A stretch of 64,000 bases of DNA, taken from the NCBI GenBank assembly GCA_004764695.1, contig SMSO01000025.1:434001-498000 (forward strand). The letters are read 5' to 3'. Positions 12,940 through 26,125 of the stretch are shown piece by piece (the stretch's first letter is position 1; the number at the start of each line of letters is the position of its first letter). The position numbers were made by a program, and so were the translations under genes. This DNA is from Schizochytrium sp. TIO01 (lineage: Eukaryota; Protista; Bigyra: Labyrinthulomycetes). The notes below the pieces were generated by a model. That model saw nothing but the letters and a program-made list of their open reading frames with translations. It was not told the origin of the DNA and did not search any database.

Positions 12940-15900
12940 AAGTTAACCCTCTCGATGGCTGTCGACCACAGAGCATTTGGGGCGCGCAATCTTATTGCAC
13001 TCCGATTAGTCTGCGTTCTGATGCAAGAGCATTCATTCATTCATTCATTCATTCGTCTATTCATTCGTCTATTCATTCATTCACAGGTGAAACTGTTTCT
13101 CAACTGTATTATGTATGTATGACCTGCCGTCTTATTTTCTGCTCGCTTTTTTCGCCGATGTATTTATTTTGTGAAATAAGATGAAAAAACTTTTTATCTG
13201 CAAGCTACTAGAAACCAGGCGTGGTAATTGAATTTAAAAAAGAAATGCCTTAAATTTAAACAGTTCTGAAAATTGAGTTTTAAAAAATTCCTTTTTACGT
13301 CGGAAGTTGTATTTTATTGACATAAAAAATATGAATTTGCGATAAATAAAATACGCGACAGAAATTATATTATTTTAAAATAAAAAATTAAAACGAAGCA
13401 CACACACCAAACTATTTTAAAACAAAATTTTCAAAGTTAATATACAAAATAAAATTAAATACGTTTCTGTATTTTTTAACTTTTAGTACTAAAAGGTTAA
13501 TTTAAAAAATGTTTGTTTAAAAATGTTTGTTTAAAATTAATAATTATTAATGGATTGTATTTTATTCAAACCAACAACAAAAAATACATAAAGAAGAGAA
13601 AGAAGTTTGTAAAATACAACCTGAAAAGGAAAAGCGTCTTGAGAACAAGTCAATGCCAAAAACTAAGATGGATTGAGTCCTACATTACCAACCTATTATG
13701 TATTTACGCGCGGAGAAGAGGGAGATTGATCACTGCTTTCCCTGATCAGATCTATTCTCTCTCCGAAAGAGGTGGGAACTATCAAAAAGGGAGTGATCAG
13801 GTGTACCGAGTTGCTACATCGATGAGGATTTTAAGAAACCCTGGGACATGAAAACTGCGAGCGAGCAAACAAACTAACGCTGGCACTCGAGGCGTCCGCC
13901 GCCAGCAACACGTCGTGGCGACCATGGGCTATCTGCCTCGTCAGCCGGCTGGCGGCCCGATCTTTCGCAATCAGCAAGGCCACGCACGAATGACTTTACT
14001 ACTTCGAGCATGTCTTGCAGGACACACATCGGTTCTCTGAAGAACACAACTTTCAGAAAAGAAAAAGAAAAATTGCCTTTCAATGCAATTCATTCATTCA
14101 TTCATTCATTCATTAGAGGGAACAAACCGTGTGGAAGAAAGCGTGAGAAAAGGACAAAACGACACTGTTGTGAATGCCAAACTTGTGTGGCCCACCCATT
14201 TACACCGCAAACCACCAAAAAAATAAATCCGCTGCCCAGGGATCGGGATGCTTGCATGGATACTTTTACACCTTTTGTGCACAGGGCCTTTCGAGCGAGG
14301 ATGGCTGTGTATCTGCTCTCCTGTCGGATGAGCTATGATTATATATTCATACAAACATACAGACATACGTACGTATACGTTCACGTATCCTTTCTTTCTA
14401 TCTTTCTTTTATTGTGCGACGCTCCCTCCTTGCAAAGTGAGAAAAGAGAAAGAGAGTATCGGCACTTGCAAAATCTCTCGTTTTCATTCGTGGCTTTTTG
14501 GTTTCCTGATTTTTTGTTTTGTTTTTCTTTTCTTTTTTTAAAGTTTACGATAGTTTTAATTTATTAAATATTTAAAATAATTAGACGGTTTAATTTTAAT
14601 ACAGAGAAGGAGAAAAGGAGAAGAAGAGGAGAGACTATCTTCTTTCCCCCCCCTCTTTCTCTTCTTTCTAAGGCGTAAGTAACTAAATAAATTAATAAAT
14701 TAATAAATTAATTAAGACATTATTGGTGCAGGCCGTGAGTTCCTTCGAGTTTGAGTATGCCGCGCTGACGACAACGAAAACATAGCTCAGGCCGCTCGCT
14801 GCGCTGTCTGCAATCCACAGGCAATAGATCGCAGGAACCGGAGACCAGTTCGCTCGCCACCGCCACCAACCAACCCAGAGGCTTCAAGAGAGACAAGCAA
14901 CTTCCTGTCCCTCACTAGCGTCCTTGCTGCTAGAGCCGCAGTGTTGGGGTACGTACAACAGGTGAGTAGCATGCAGGCAAGCACAAGGATGCCTCCGCCG
15001 ACCCCGTCTCCAAGTCCAAGGCGGTGGGAGGCCCGGCAAGGCTCAGGAAACCAGGCCACCCTCGGTGGAAGAGCTTGCCATCAATTGCCTGTGCGTGGGC
15101 CTGGCGGCGACCAGGCCTGAGAGGCCACCGCCGCCTGGCGAGGAACCTCGTCATGAGCATTACCAACAACTCGTCGCGGCGATTCTGCCCTGCTGAAGCG
15201 ACCCTGCGCGACGAGCACCATCGGGCGGCTTGAAACAGCCGCGACGAGCTTGCCTGCTTGCCTGCTTGTTTGCTTGCCTGCATAAACAACTTTGACCAGC
15301 TGCAGGCGATCGTACTGGGGACGCTCACGAGCAGACTCGGCTGAGGATGTTGATGTTGACGGTGATGATGATGAGGAGGAGGAGGAGCACCTCCATCATC
15401 AACAGCAATGGGTCCGCTCGGCGGTCTGGGTTCTTCTAGCTAGAGCTAGGCGAAAGCCGAGTTTGTGAAAGGAAGTATGACGGAAATATAGCGAGTTCAC
15501 GAGGGACCCGAGCCTCGACCCAGGCTTGCTTGCCCAAGCCGGCACAGCAGGACATAAGCCACTGCGCTGAAGACTTGGAGGCCAGTTCATTCAGAGCGCG
15601 AGCCTTAGGAAGCCTGCAATACTCTCATGAATCGCAAGCTGCTGGAAGAATAAACTCGAAGGACCACGCCCAATGGTGCCGAGTTCGACCACGCCGCGGA
15701 GACGGATGGACAGATCCGCGTCGCCTTCCGATAAGGTCAGTGAGCTCGGCCGCCGACCCGAAGTCTTTCAATCAAAGATATTACGGCAATCTCCATCGAT
15801 CGACACGGCGGTGGAGGATACGAGGTTCGCCAAAATGTTGAAACGCAGTCGGCAGTCTTCAAGGAGTTCTTGGTGCGGCTTATTGCTTCACTCGTGCGTG

Positions 15901-18067
15901 GGTGAAAGCGGCTAGGCCATCGCTGCTCAGTCGAGGCCTACCCGCCAGCTGTGCGTAGACACAGTGAGCTCTACGAACTAGAGGCCAGGTAGAAGGACCT
16001 TCGTTTCTGTACCCAGGCAGTCAATTGAGTGAGATAATTGTTCAACTCTGAACCTTGGGTTTGCTTGTTCTTGCAAAAGAGATTGAGGGGTTTATGAAAG
16101 TTTCAGTGTTTGACACGGATGGCTTTGTAGATCAGCGCACTCGCATCCACATCCAACTTGCTCTAAGAAACTACCTGCTCGGCAGGCCAACTCAGATCGA
16201 ACTTGAGCTCTTGCTCACAAGGTCTTTAGGCTATCTTCAAGTCCTCGGACATCCCTTTCACGAAATGTGAATCTTGCTCCACGCTGACGTGCTACCCCCA
16301 AATCACACGAGACCTGCGGCACGTTCTTATTTATCATCATCGTCATCATCATTATTTATTTATTTATTTATTTTTGATTTATTTATTCTTTATTGCCTTC
16401 TTATTGTTATTATGAAATATCTTACTTTCTTTCTTAGTGAAAAGTGCTCCATCAAGGCGTGCTAGCACTCGAATTCTTGCTTGCGAAGTTGTGATCGAAT
16501 AAACTCCGCTCCTGATTCCAAACCGAGGAGAGCTTCGCAAGCGATTCATTCATGAATTCGACCACTTGTGAGTCGAAACTGGCAGAGGCACAAGCTCGCG
16601 AAACTCTGTAACTTTCCTTCCTCGGTTGTCTTGCGAATTACACCAGCGGACCCTCCATTCCTTTGTGCATCATCCAAGTTTCATTCAGGACAAAAAGGGT
16701 CCGCGGCCGCCTCGTTTTGCACCTCTTTAGGCACTTGGTCGCACCGCCGCAGTTTGGGAGACATCTTGGAAAGGAAGTCAGCGACTGAGCTCTCCGAGTC
16801 AAAGGATACCCATCCATACTTTCACCTCGAGACGCGAGCCAAAGCCCTCGGCCAAAGGCAGAGCCTCCTCTTCAAGAGCGAGACACCTGGCCAGCATGTT
16901 ATGTCATCCAGTCGATGCGATGCTTATGCCTGTGCGGAATTCAACTTGCTTGCTTGCTTGCTTGCATTCATGTATAAATGCAAGCAAAGCATACATACCC
17001 TTTGAGGAAGGATGATTCTTCCGGGCCGACCTTAGTGCCGAACGATGTGCCGGATACCTCCAAGAATCAAAATACTGACTCAGGCTCGGGACACGCCGGA
17101 GCTTTGGCAGCAGTTTGCAGTGCTCCAAGCAGCTATATTGGGTCTTGGTTATAGCCATGCAAGTGCAGATCCCCAAATTTGGAGAGCACGTCCTTCGCAG
17201 ATGAAGATGAAGAAATGCATATTTAATTTGTTTTTCCAAGTTTATAAATTAAATTTGTAAAAAAAAAGAAGAAAAAGAAAAAGAAAAAGAAAAGTTCAAA
17301 AAATCATTCTAAAAAGGAATGAGAGTATTCAGCCAGCCCTACAAAAGAGAGAGAGAGAGAGAGAGAAAAGAAAAACTCACGTTTTGGTGAAAGCGGGGAA
17401 GCCTCAGAGAATCGCCATAGCGAAACGGCGCTGTCACGCACAGGCAGCCAAACTAAGTTCTGACGCGCCTTGCCAGCCTTCGCCTGCCCGCAGCCCAAGT
17501 TGTACTACAATTTTAATCTTCTTTCACCCCCACTTTTCAAGAACAACAACAAGAAGAAGCTTATGCAGCTAGCTAGGGAAAAAGACTGCAGTGAGCTTAT
17601 TTAGCACAGCAGTGCAACGGGTGTGTACTCACTCAGTTTAGGACCATTACTCTCACAGGATGCAGTGACATTGCAATCAATCGGAAATTCGCTCTCGAGC
17701 TTCGTCGGGATTTTGATTTTGACTGCGTATGAAGACGAAGACGAAGAAGAAGTTAGCGAGGGTGGTGGTGGAGGTGGAGTTGCGTGCGAGGACACCGGCC
17801 AGGCCAGCTTTCTCACGGAGCGGATCTCCCTCCACCGCCCGAACTGTTGAGCAAACGACGCTCCCGCGACCACGGCAGGAACCGGCGAATCCCGATCGAT
17901 CCAAGCTTCTGCGTTAGAAGTCACGCGCGATGCTTCATATCAGACCATGGATGGAGGCAGACGTTTGCGATGACGCAACCTTGGCGAGCAGGCAAGCAGG
18001 CGAGCAGTTGGCCGTGCGATCGTCAAGCCCCTTCCCTCTTCAGGGCGACAGCCGTGGCGCACGATGG

Positions 18068-18166
18068 CAAATGCAAATACAAATACAAATGCAAATACAA
18101 ATGCAAATATAAATGCAAATATAAATGCAAATGCAAATACAAATACAAATGCAAATGCAGATGCAA
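18068..18166. repeat. Variant hexamer array AAAT(GC/AC/AT), about 16 units
   Basis: Strict 6-bp register with three interleaved variants. Confidence 0.93.
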
Positions 18167-20421
18167 AAGCGCGACGGACAGCAGACACCCGAAATCCTCG
18201 AGTCGTTCCCGTGTCCTTTCGCTGCCAGTTGCCAACAATTGGTCCCCACCTGACCAGAGGACGGCAGCGCTCAGGTCCTGCCGCTGTGATCCCAGGGCGG
18301 TGCTCAGGAACCGGCCGCGAGGACATATTGGCAACTCTGCGATTCCGGAGCTACCAAGAACAGCGCTTCTTGTGCCTCGATGGCCACCATGTTGGAATTT
18401 TAGACAAGAGAGAGAGCTATGTCTGTAACTCTGTCTGTAGTAAAGGCCAACAGAGAGAAACCGATTGGCTGTGTATGCATATGCGTGTGTATGCAAATGC
18501 GTGTGTATTTATGTATGTATGTATGTATATCTGTTTATAGAACTCTATCGCTCGAAGTGTGATCAATATGTGCACAGGATTGGGTGAGAATTGGGAGCCA
18601 AGAGGGTGGCTTGGGTCCTCCCCCCCCCCCCCCGTGGAGCAAGGTTTGTGATGGAAACGCGTCAGGATTCTCGGAGCTTGCGGCAGCTGGCTCGCGTGAG
18701 AAGGCTGGGCACGTTTCCGTGGTTGGCAGAGTGGAGTGTTGAAAGAAAGTTTGCAGCGCAGTTTCCAAACTTGGGGGCTAAAAAATGCGAAATACATTTT
18801 CTGCGTTTTTCTTTCAAAGATTTTTTGGTTTTTGTTTTATAATAAATCTTGAAATTATAATCGATAATTTATATTTTAAAAAAATAAATTTAATACATAT
18901 AACTTGAACAAGATAATAAACTATCACAGGAACACAATTGAGGGTTGCACAAAAAAAACAAAAAACAAAAACAAAAAAACTCAGTTTGGGATGATGATCG
19001 TAGTTTATAGCGTTGCTTTTTTAAATTAGGGCACCGCCCGTTTTTCATCTAAATATAACGCACTGGGTCTGTGAACCAGAAAAAGACACGATATCGGATC
19101 TCCTTTGGAGTAAAACCACTTTAATAATTTCCCTATTTTAGAAAAGAAGAAAGAAGAAAGAAACGCTTTGGTCGCTCAACCTGTATTATTGATAATATTA
19201 TTATTATTAATTTAAAACACACAAGAAAAAACTCTTGCGTGGGAAGAAAAAAACACTCACCAGCTCGCCACGAGATTTTCCTTTCCCCAAGGAGCTTCTT
19301 CGAATAACTTCTTTTGGCGGAGAGCTCAGCGAATACTCGAAAGCAACAACTCAGCTGCCGTCATGTAGTACAAGATGGTGAGCCATGCTCGCAGGCAAAG
19401 CGCCCAAGGAAGTCATCATCCAACACGTTGGTGGTAGCTACAGCGACGCAAACTGTTCAATTATCTATCACAAGCTCACACAGGGTGGCTCTCGTTACGG
19501 CTGAGAATCCGACAGTCTAACTTCAGAGAAGCGGCCATTTTGCTGATCAAAGTCAAAGAGCATTCGGCCTAGGGCGAAAGATAAGATCTTTTGGGTGATC
19601 TGCACTGGAGAGCAATTCGTTTGGTATGCCTGGTCCGAGTACTTCATAGCGAACCTGTCGGATCAGCTCAAGACATGGAGGACGCCAAGACGGACGATTG
19701 GTACTCGATCGACAGTGATTGGTTCATCACTGCTCATGTAGTCTTGGCTACCTGCTCAGTAACGGGGGGGAAGCTGGCCTTCCTAAACTCGCAGAATCCT
19801 AGGCATGTGTCAGTTTGCGTCCACGGCTCCTTCATCCCGCAAGCGAGATCAAATTTGCCTTCGCAGGTTCTCCAGTAGGAATCCGAGCACGCCTGGAAGT
19901 AGGTTGCATGCGTAGAATCAAGGCAAGCGACAAGCAAGGGAAACAAGATCCGAGAACACCGGCACAATGCTTTTTCATATGAACACCGTTGTCCACAACT
20001 CATCCCAAATCTAACTTCGAAGCTACTTACTCGGCTTACTCAGTTGCTCCGCTACTTCCTTGCTTCCTTGCTGTCCTAACGAAATTGTTTGTGAGCTGAT
20101 TTCGCGCTTTTGTCACGTCTGCCACAGCTCCATCGTAAACAAGTAAGTACCCGACCCTATTCCAAATCCAAATGTGCTGCGCCCATAAACTTCAGGTCTT
20201 GCCCAAACACAGCTACGCGACCAAGATCCTCGCGCAATCGACTTTTGTAAGCCTTTTCCTCCGACGAATCAAACCTTGGGCCCCACTTTCATCTAGAGTG
20301 GCCACAACAACTACAAACGGCTTCCGGCGTCCCTTAATTCCAACCAATAATTGTTCCATCCTCGCCTCGATTGGTAGTTCCTCTTCTTCTTCTTCTCTCC
20401 AAGCAGAAATTAATAACGTGC

Positions 20422-20479
20422 TTGCTTTGCTTTGCTTTGCTTTGGCTTTGCTTTGCTTTGCTTTGCTTTGCTTTGCTTT
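20422..20479. repeat. (GCTTT)n pentanucleotide repeat
   Basis: About 11 units seen directly. Confidence 0.93.
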
Positions 20480-23274
20480 CGGCTGTGCTTTCCTGATTTC
20501 TGTAAGCAAGGCGACCGCTGTAAAGTGTCCCGTCCTCGTTCCTGTGCGACGACCTTCTGACAAAATAGAGCGTCGTTGCACATTTGCCATTCTTGAACGA
20601 GGCCCGTTCGAGCTCGGGATGCGAGTTGGGCGCAGCACGGTCGCACCGCCAAAGCTTGCCGCAATCAGCAAATCGTGCCGCCATCGCTCTCTTATGGTTG
20701 GCCGCTGGGCGAGTCGGGAATGTGCGATGGATGCCAGCAACGATGATGACGCGTGAGCTGTGATTTCGAGGGTTGAAAGAAGTACCGATACCTCTGTTAT
20801 GAATGAAAGGATGGATGGATGGATGGATGAGACGCCTGAAATCAGGATCCGACTTGGTCCTGGAAACGTGCGGGAATTTCATCTGCACGTGTGACGTAGT
20901 TGCAAGCAGTCACTCATTCCTGCGAAATCTTGGCGTGGAAGGTCGTCAGGCTCGATGTGGCTGGCATCTCCGTCGGCGCTTCCGAGTGATCGATGTTCCT
21001 CCTCAACTTCGGCAAAGCGTCCGCGGAAGAGATTTTATTCCCCTCGCGGCGATGGTTTGTGAGACCAAGTGAAGTTGTTAGTTCGCAGGTCGAGGTTTCT
21101 CGTAAGATTGTGATTGAGGCCAGAGTCGATTCAATGTCGCGAGGGTCGCAAGGCGCTCGGACTGCGCTACCGATGGACTACATTGTTTAGGTTAGTTCAA
21201 GTTCAAGTCCACCCTTGGTAGAAAAATCGAAGCCACCCATCCAATTCGAGATGCTTTTTTATTTTTATTTAGGCCTACATTCGTTGTTTTTTTTTGTTTT
21301 GTTTTGTTTTTCGCACCACGTAACGACAAGTTTCCTACACGAACTTTTTGGTATTATTTTTACTTAAAAAAAAAAAAAAAAAAAAAAGACAAGCAAAACG
21401 TTTATTTGAGAAAATTTGCAATGTATGTTTCATTAAATCGGTTCTTATCTCTATTTTCAGGACAGCTGTGTCATGCATGATCTTCTCTGGGCTTTCACAG
21501 AAGCGCTTACCTAAATAAACAAAACTCAAACCTCTGTTAAGATGTGATTTTTTTTTTGTCTTGTTTGTTTTAAAAGGCATCTTGATCTATTAATATTTTC
21601 TTTTCTTTTTTTTCCTACAAAAAAAAATAAAATCTGAGACTGTTTTTTATTTTATTAAACAGTTATTTTTTTAAAAAAAAAATAGATTAATGTCTCGTTT
21701 TAATTTTAATTTTAAAAAAATACAACTTGGAGGAAATGTGTTCTACATTACTTCGAACTTTTCCAAATTTGACCTTGCCTCAATAGCTTTATCCTATCAC
21801 TCCTCAGAATCAGAGATCCACAAGGACAGCCTCCTTTGGGTGAGCCCCCCCCGAAGGTCCGATGACATCTTCCTAATGAATGCTAGAATCATCTCAGTGT
21901 ATATTTTAAGACTTCAAAAGAATTTGAGCGAGAGAGCGAGAGATGAAAATGGTGTGGTTTACCACAACGTTTTAGGGTATGATACCCTACAATTTTCCTG
22001 GAAGATACTTCGATCACAACTCGACGAAACGACCAAAGCCCATGCCAGCCAGAAAATCAAATACAACAATACCTAAACCTAAGCTTGTGTTCTTGATTTA
22101 GTTTCCCAAGCCTTCCGAAGCACAGCCAAGATGCTTGCTTACGTATACCGGACAAAACCATTTGGTAGAACAATCTCGCAGACTGCAGAAAATGCATCGC
22201 CTGTTAGATGAGACAGGCCTTAGTTTCACATTAGCGATTTCTGTCCCAAGGATTTGGACAAAACGAGAAAAAGTCATGTGCACGATCTCTCATTTGTCTG
22301 TCGACCACGCCCTAAGGATCGAGTGCAGTCCGTCTTGGATCAACAGATCTCAGGCCTTTTGAATACCCTGATGTATCGTACATAGGCGACATTTAGTAGT
22401 CCAATCAAATTTACCATTCGATTCATAAGGAAACATTAATTCAAACACTTGAAAATTTGATACCAAATGCTTTAGTGAATCTTAAGGTATGAGCGTCCTC
22501 ATGAAACCATCGGAGGTAGTCCAAATCGAGCCACATTTCCCACCATCTCCCGCAAATCCATACTAAAATGCTACGAGCCATCCCAGGTATCCCTACAAAG
22601 AGCTAGATTACTCTTCTCGTAACTTCTCCTTTACATTTACATCATCCGGGAGAATGAGCACAGTTCTGAGGTCCTCAACAAGGTCTGCCACTTTTTTGAT
22701 TTCCCTGTTGCTGTTTTTTCATGCCAGGTTCTTGGCATTCTACTTTCAGCTTCAATGGTCATCAATATATCGAATCAGCAAACTACGCCTTCATGATGAA
22801 GAACGGTGTGTACTAAAAACTCTATGCCAGACTCATACACCTCTTACTACCTATTGATATGGTTCTGAAAGTTCTCCCCTTTCTTTTGTTTACTATGTAC
22901 TAACGAGGTACTAGTGAGTTGTAGTACCTTCATGATATACTAATTTCGTCATCTTGTCTTCTTCATACCATTGTTCATGTCGAATAGGTATTCTTCATCT
23001 ACGTTTCTACAAAGTTCGTGGATAGCTTGACGGAGATTGATGCAGTGTCGAGCAGCATCATTATGTGATGTGATCTACCCTATCGATTTCTTCGCCGCAT
23101 TAACTGCATTACGTACCTTGCATTAGAAATTATTGAATTGTAATAAAATAGAAAATGATTTCCATTCTTCAACTAAGCTGCGGAGCACACAGTCGTGCCG
23201 AGGCCTTGCGGCAGAAGACGTGCCTCGCGACATCCTCCTTGCGTTGAGTATATTTCACAATCTTGCAAGGCATC

Positions 23275-24129
23275 ATGTCAGACGCAGAAGCCGGGGCTGT
23301 CGCGGATACCTGGGTGGTCGTGAGGTCGCATGACCCGCTGCCTGGTGGCCTGGGACGTGTATGCGCCTGGGCCAAGCAGCTAGAGGGCCTCGTGGCTGGC
23401 ATGACTGTGAGCGTGGACACGAGCGGGCACGACAAGGGCGTCGTTCTTTCTAAATTTCGTGAAAATGGACTTCCCGACTGGGTCCAGGTTCACGAGTACT
23501 CGGAAGCAGATATGATCGCCAAGTACCCGGTACTTGATGAGGAAATGAAAGCCCACCCAACGTTTGCGTTGACCAAAGAGCTCAGCACCGGCAAGTACTC
23601 CTTCGCATGGGGCTTTCATTGCTGTGCGCTCAACCTTTGGTTTCAAGAGTTTCAGCAGGAGAAGAAACCAGCATTCGTTTGGGTGCTTGAGGACGATGTA
23701 GGCTTCACAGGCAACCTTGCCGATTTCTTGCGTGCCACGGCCTCTGAGACTGCAGACCTACTTGCTGATACCTACAAGCCGGTCACAGAGACGTGGTGGT
23801 GGTGGGACTTTGGTTCTAAGGCTTACCTCTCCGCAGTGAGCCTTGAAGAGCGATGCGAGGCCCGCGAGCACGTTCAACGCTTCTCGTGTAAACTCCTCGA
23901 TGACCTCCACCACCTTGCAGAAACACAGCGTTGTATTGCATGGTCAGAACAGGGAACACCTTCACTATGTAGACACCTTGGCCTCGAATCCAAGCAGATC
24001 GACTTGGACTTCATCTCATCGGCTAATTTTTCTTGGGACACACGAATCGAGGAAGACAAATGGGCCGAGTTTATGAGTGCAGATACGCCAGAGTCTCGCA
24101 ACAGATTTTACCACGCCCTTAAGTTTTAG
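23275..24129 (+). CDS. Putative GT-A fold glycosyltransferase-like protein (DUF3405-like)
   Basis: Stop-free ~284 aa ORF with natural composition; first ATG at 23275 (ORF track starts at TTG 23263). Contains FVWVLEDDVGFTG (DxD-like), ADLL, RFS, SE..PSLC and a terminal FYHALK, which resemble the DUF3405/GT-A pattern. No signal anchor visible. Confidence 0.6.
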   Translation: MSDAEAGAVADTWVVVRSHDPLPGGLGRVCAWAKQLEGLVAGMTVSVDTSGHDKGVVLSKFRENGLPDWVQVHEYSEADMIAKYPVLDEEMKAHPTFALTKELSTGKYSFAWGFHCCALNLWFQEFQQEKKPAFVWVLEDDVGFTGNLADFLRATASETADLLADTYKPVTETWWWWDFGSKAYLSAVSLEERCEAREHVQRFSCKLLDDLHHLAETQRCIAWSEQGTPSLCRHLGLESKQIDLDFISSANFSWDTRIEEDKWAEFMSADTPESRNRFYHALKF

Positions 24130-26025
24130 TGTCCTCTCTTCTTCACTGCATTGTACAGGGCTAGTGGTCTTTCCTGTGTTAGTTCTCAAACTGCTGCCAA
24201 ATGCAGGGCGCTGCTTTGTTTATGTTGAGTTTAACCTGTTGTCTTTTTCAGGGATGATTCAGCTTCTTGTTGCTTAATTCACAATTAAACAATTGTCGAA
24301 TCATACAATTGTCTTTAAATATCCGAACAGGTCTTGTTCGTTTTGATAAATCTGTTTAATCCTTAGGTGATTCCATCTTGATCATTTTCTATAATAATAA
24401 TAATTTAAAAAATCATCAAGACACTTTTTATAAATGGAAATAAGTTTATGCTTTTAATTTTTTGTATCCTGACTTCAAGCACAAAAAATTTCCATAACCT
24501 ACTTCTCATGCTAGTACTCAGTTGTATTGCCTTCGAAAAATCATTTAACGCAACTGAGTTAGGTTCGGCCTCGACTAATTTTGTTGGTTTTGTGGTGAAT
24601 CGCGGAGCAAACTACTGTTCCTCTCGGTTTAACTCAACGAGTCGCGATTAGTCGACTACAAGTCAAACTCGGCCGACAACCTTTGCTTTCAAACAACAAA
24701 GTTTATTGCCATGATACCACAGTCAACCAGCAGACCCAATGATATCTCACCGCCGGTTGTCTTTAAAAGCTCTATTAGATATATTTGCAGTCGTATCAGC
24801 TTCTTCAAATTGGTAGCCGCCATAAACGTCAGCTTATAATCAGTCACAACAGAAAATATATGTGGAGAGTTTGCGACCATGTAGGTTTTGTCGCACTGAA
24901 TATAGAATCCCTTTATATATGTCACAGAACGCAGTGATACCACAGTTGGCAGATGAGACTGGTTCGTCTTTCCAAATGTTGACCAGAAAAGGAACCTTGA
25001 GGTTTCTCTCTTCTTTTTAGCCTCTTTCAGCTAAGAGGCAGTAGGAGAACGTCGAAATGCTTTCGCTCGCTTTGATCGACGTACGTTTGAGCAAACGGCC
25101 CGCAGCGGAACTTTTGCTGAGTTTTTACAGAACTGAGCTAACCACTCAAGATGTAAAAGGTACAACATTCTATTTCTGCTTGACAAAACCCGAACAAGCC
25201 TAAGAGTATCGATGTTGTTGTATTGGCTCAAATTGCGAATAGGTTAAGCTGCTCGACTTTTTTTTATATGTGGTCCCATTGATATACTTTTGAAAGTAAG
25301 AGTGTGATAATCTGAAGCAGGGCTGAGACTCGAAGAAGCAGGCACTTTTATGCGATGCCATGGCGATATAGGATTGATGCCTTTTGTTTTTGTTCTATTA
25401 TAAAATCTCAGCGAAATTGAAGGCAATGTGGCACTATCATGACATTAAGAGTGAAGCCCCAAAAGTTACTTGCTTCGTCCAAAGAAAAATAAAAGATACA
25501 CATAGAATGGTAGCGAGTTCATGTAGCTCTCACTTTTTGAAGCCAAACTTGCATCAGAACAAAACGATCTATAGAATAAAAAAGCAGTACTATTATTATG
25601 CATCCTTAATTATGCCCGATAAATTTAGGAGACGATGGTCGAAGTAGAAGCCAAAGAAGTCTTTTTTAAAATAAATAAAGACAAGTACAAGGATTTCTTT
25701 TCAGCTGTCCTGGGAAAACGTGAAAGAAATTGGCATTGCAGCTATCGTTTGGTACACTTGGGAGCTATTTTCTCCTTTTCCTGCAGATTTGGCTAGATTG
25801 ACTAAGATAATTATAGCACCACGTGAATGTTTCAAAAAAGATTCAGAGAAAGCATTACAGTCCGTAACTATAGTTAACTTTTAGTTACAGGCGTATTCGG
25901 TCATATCTAGTTAGCCTTCGATAAAGCAAACCTTACATGGATAATTGAGGACAAATTCCTTGTAATGACTCCTCGAAGAGAACTCAAGACTAAAACATGG
26001 GTCAAACCAAGGTTTATGTTATGTC

Positions 26026-26125
26026 ACATCAAGCAAAGGTAACGTGGTGTTGAGATCTAGCCACAGGCAGGTCCGTTACATCAAGTAAAGGTAGCGTGGC
26101 GTTGAGACCTAGCCACAGGCAGGTC
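26026..26125. repeat. Diverged 52-bp tandem duplication
   Basis: ACATCAAG(C/T)AAAGGTA(A/G)CGTGG(T/C)GTTGAGA(T/C)CTAGCCACAGGCAGGTC occurs twice with a period of 52 bp. Confidence 0.9.

Noticed and set aside
18068-18166. Multiple ATGCAAAT octamer (POU) sites
   Set aside because: By-product of the hexamer repeat; POU factors are animal proteins and this appears to be a stramenopile.
26026-26125. Repeat pair as a CRISPR array or LTR remnant
   Set aside because: Only two head-to-tail copies with no spacer, no cas or retroelement genes, and a eukaryotic context.
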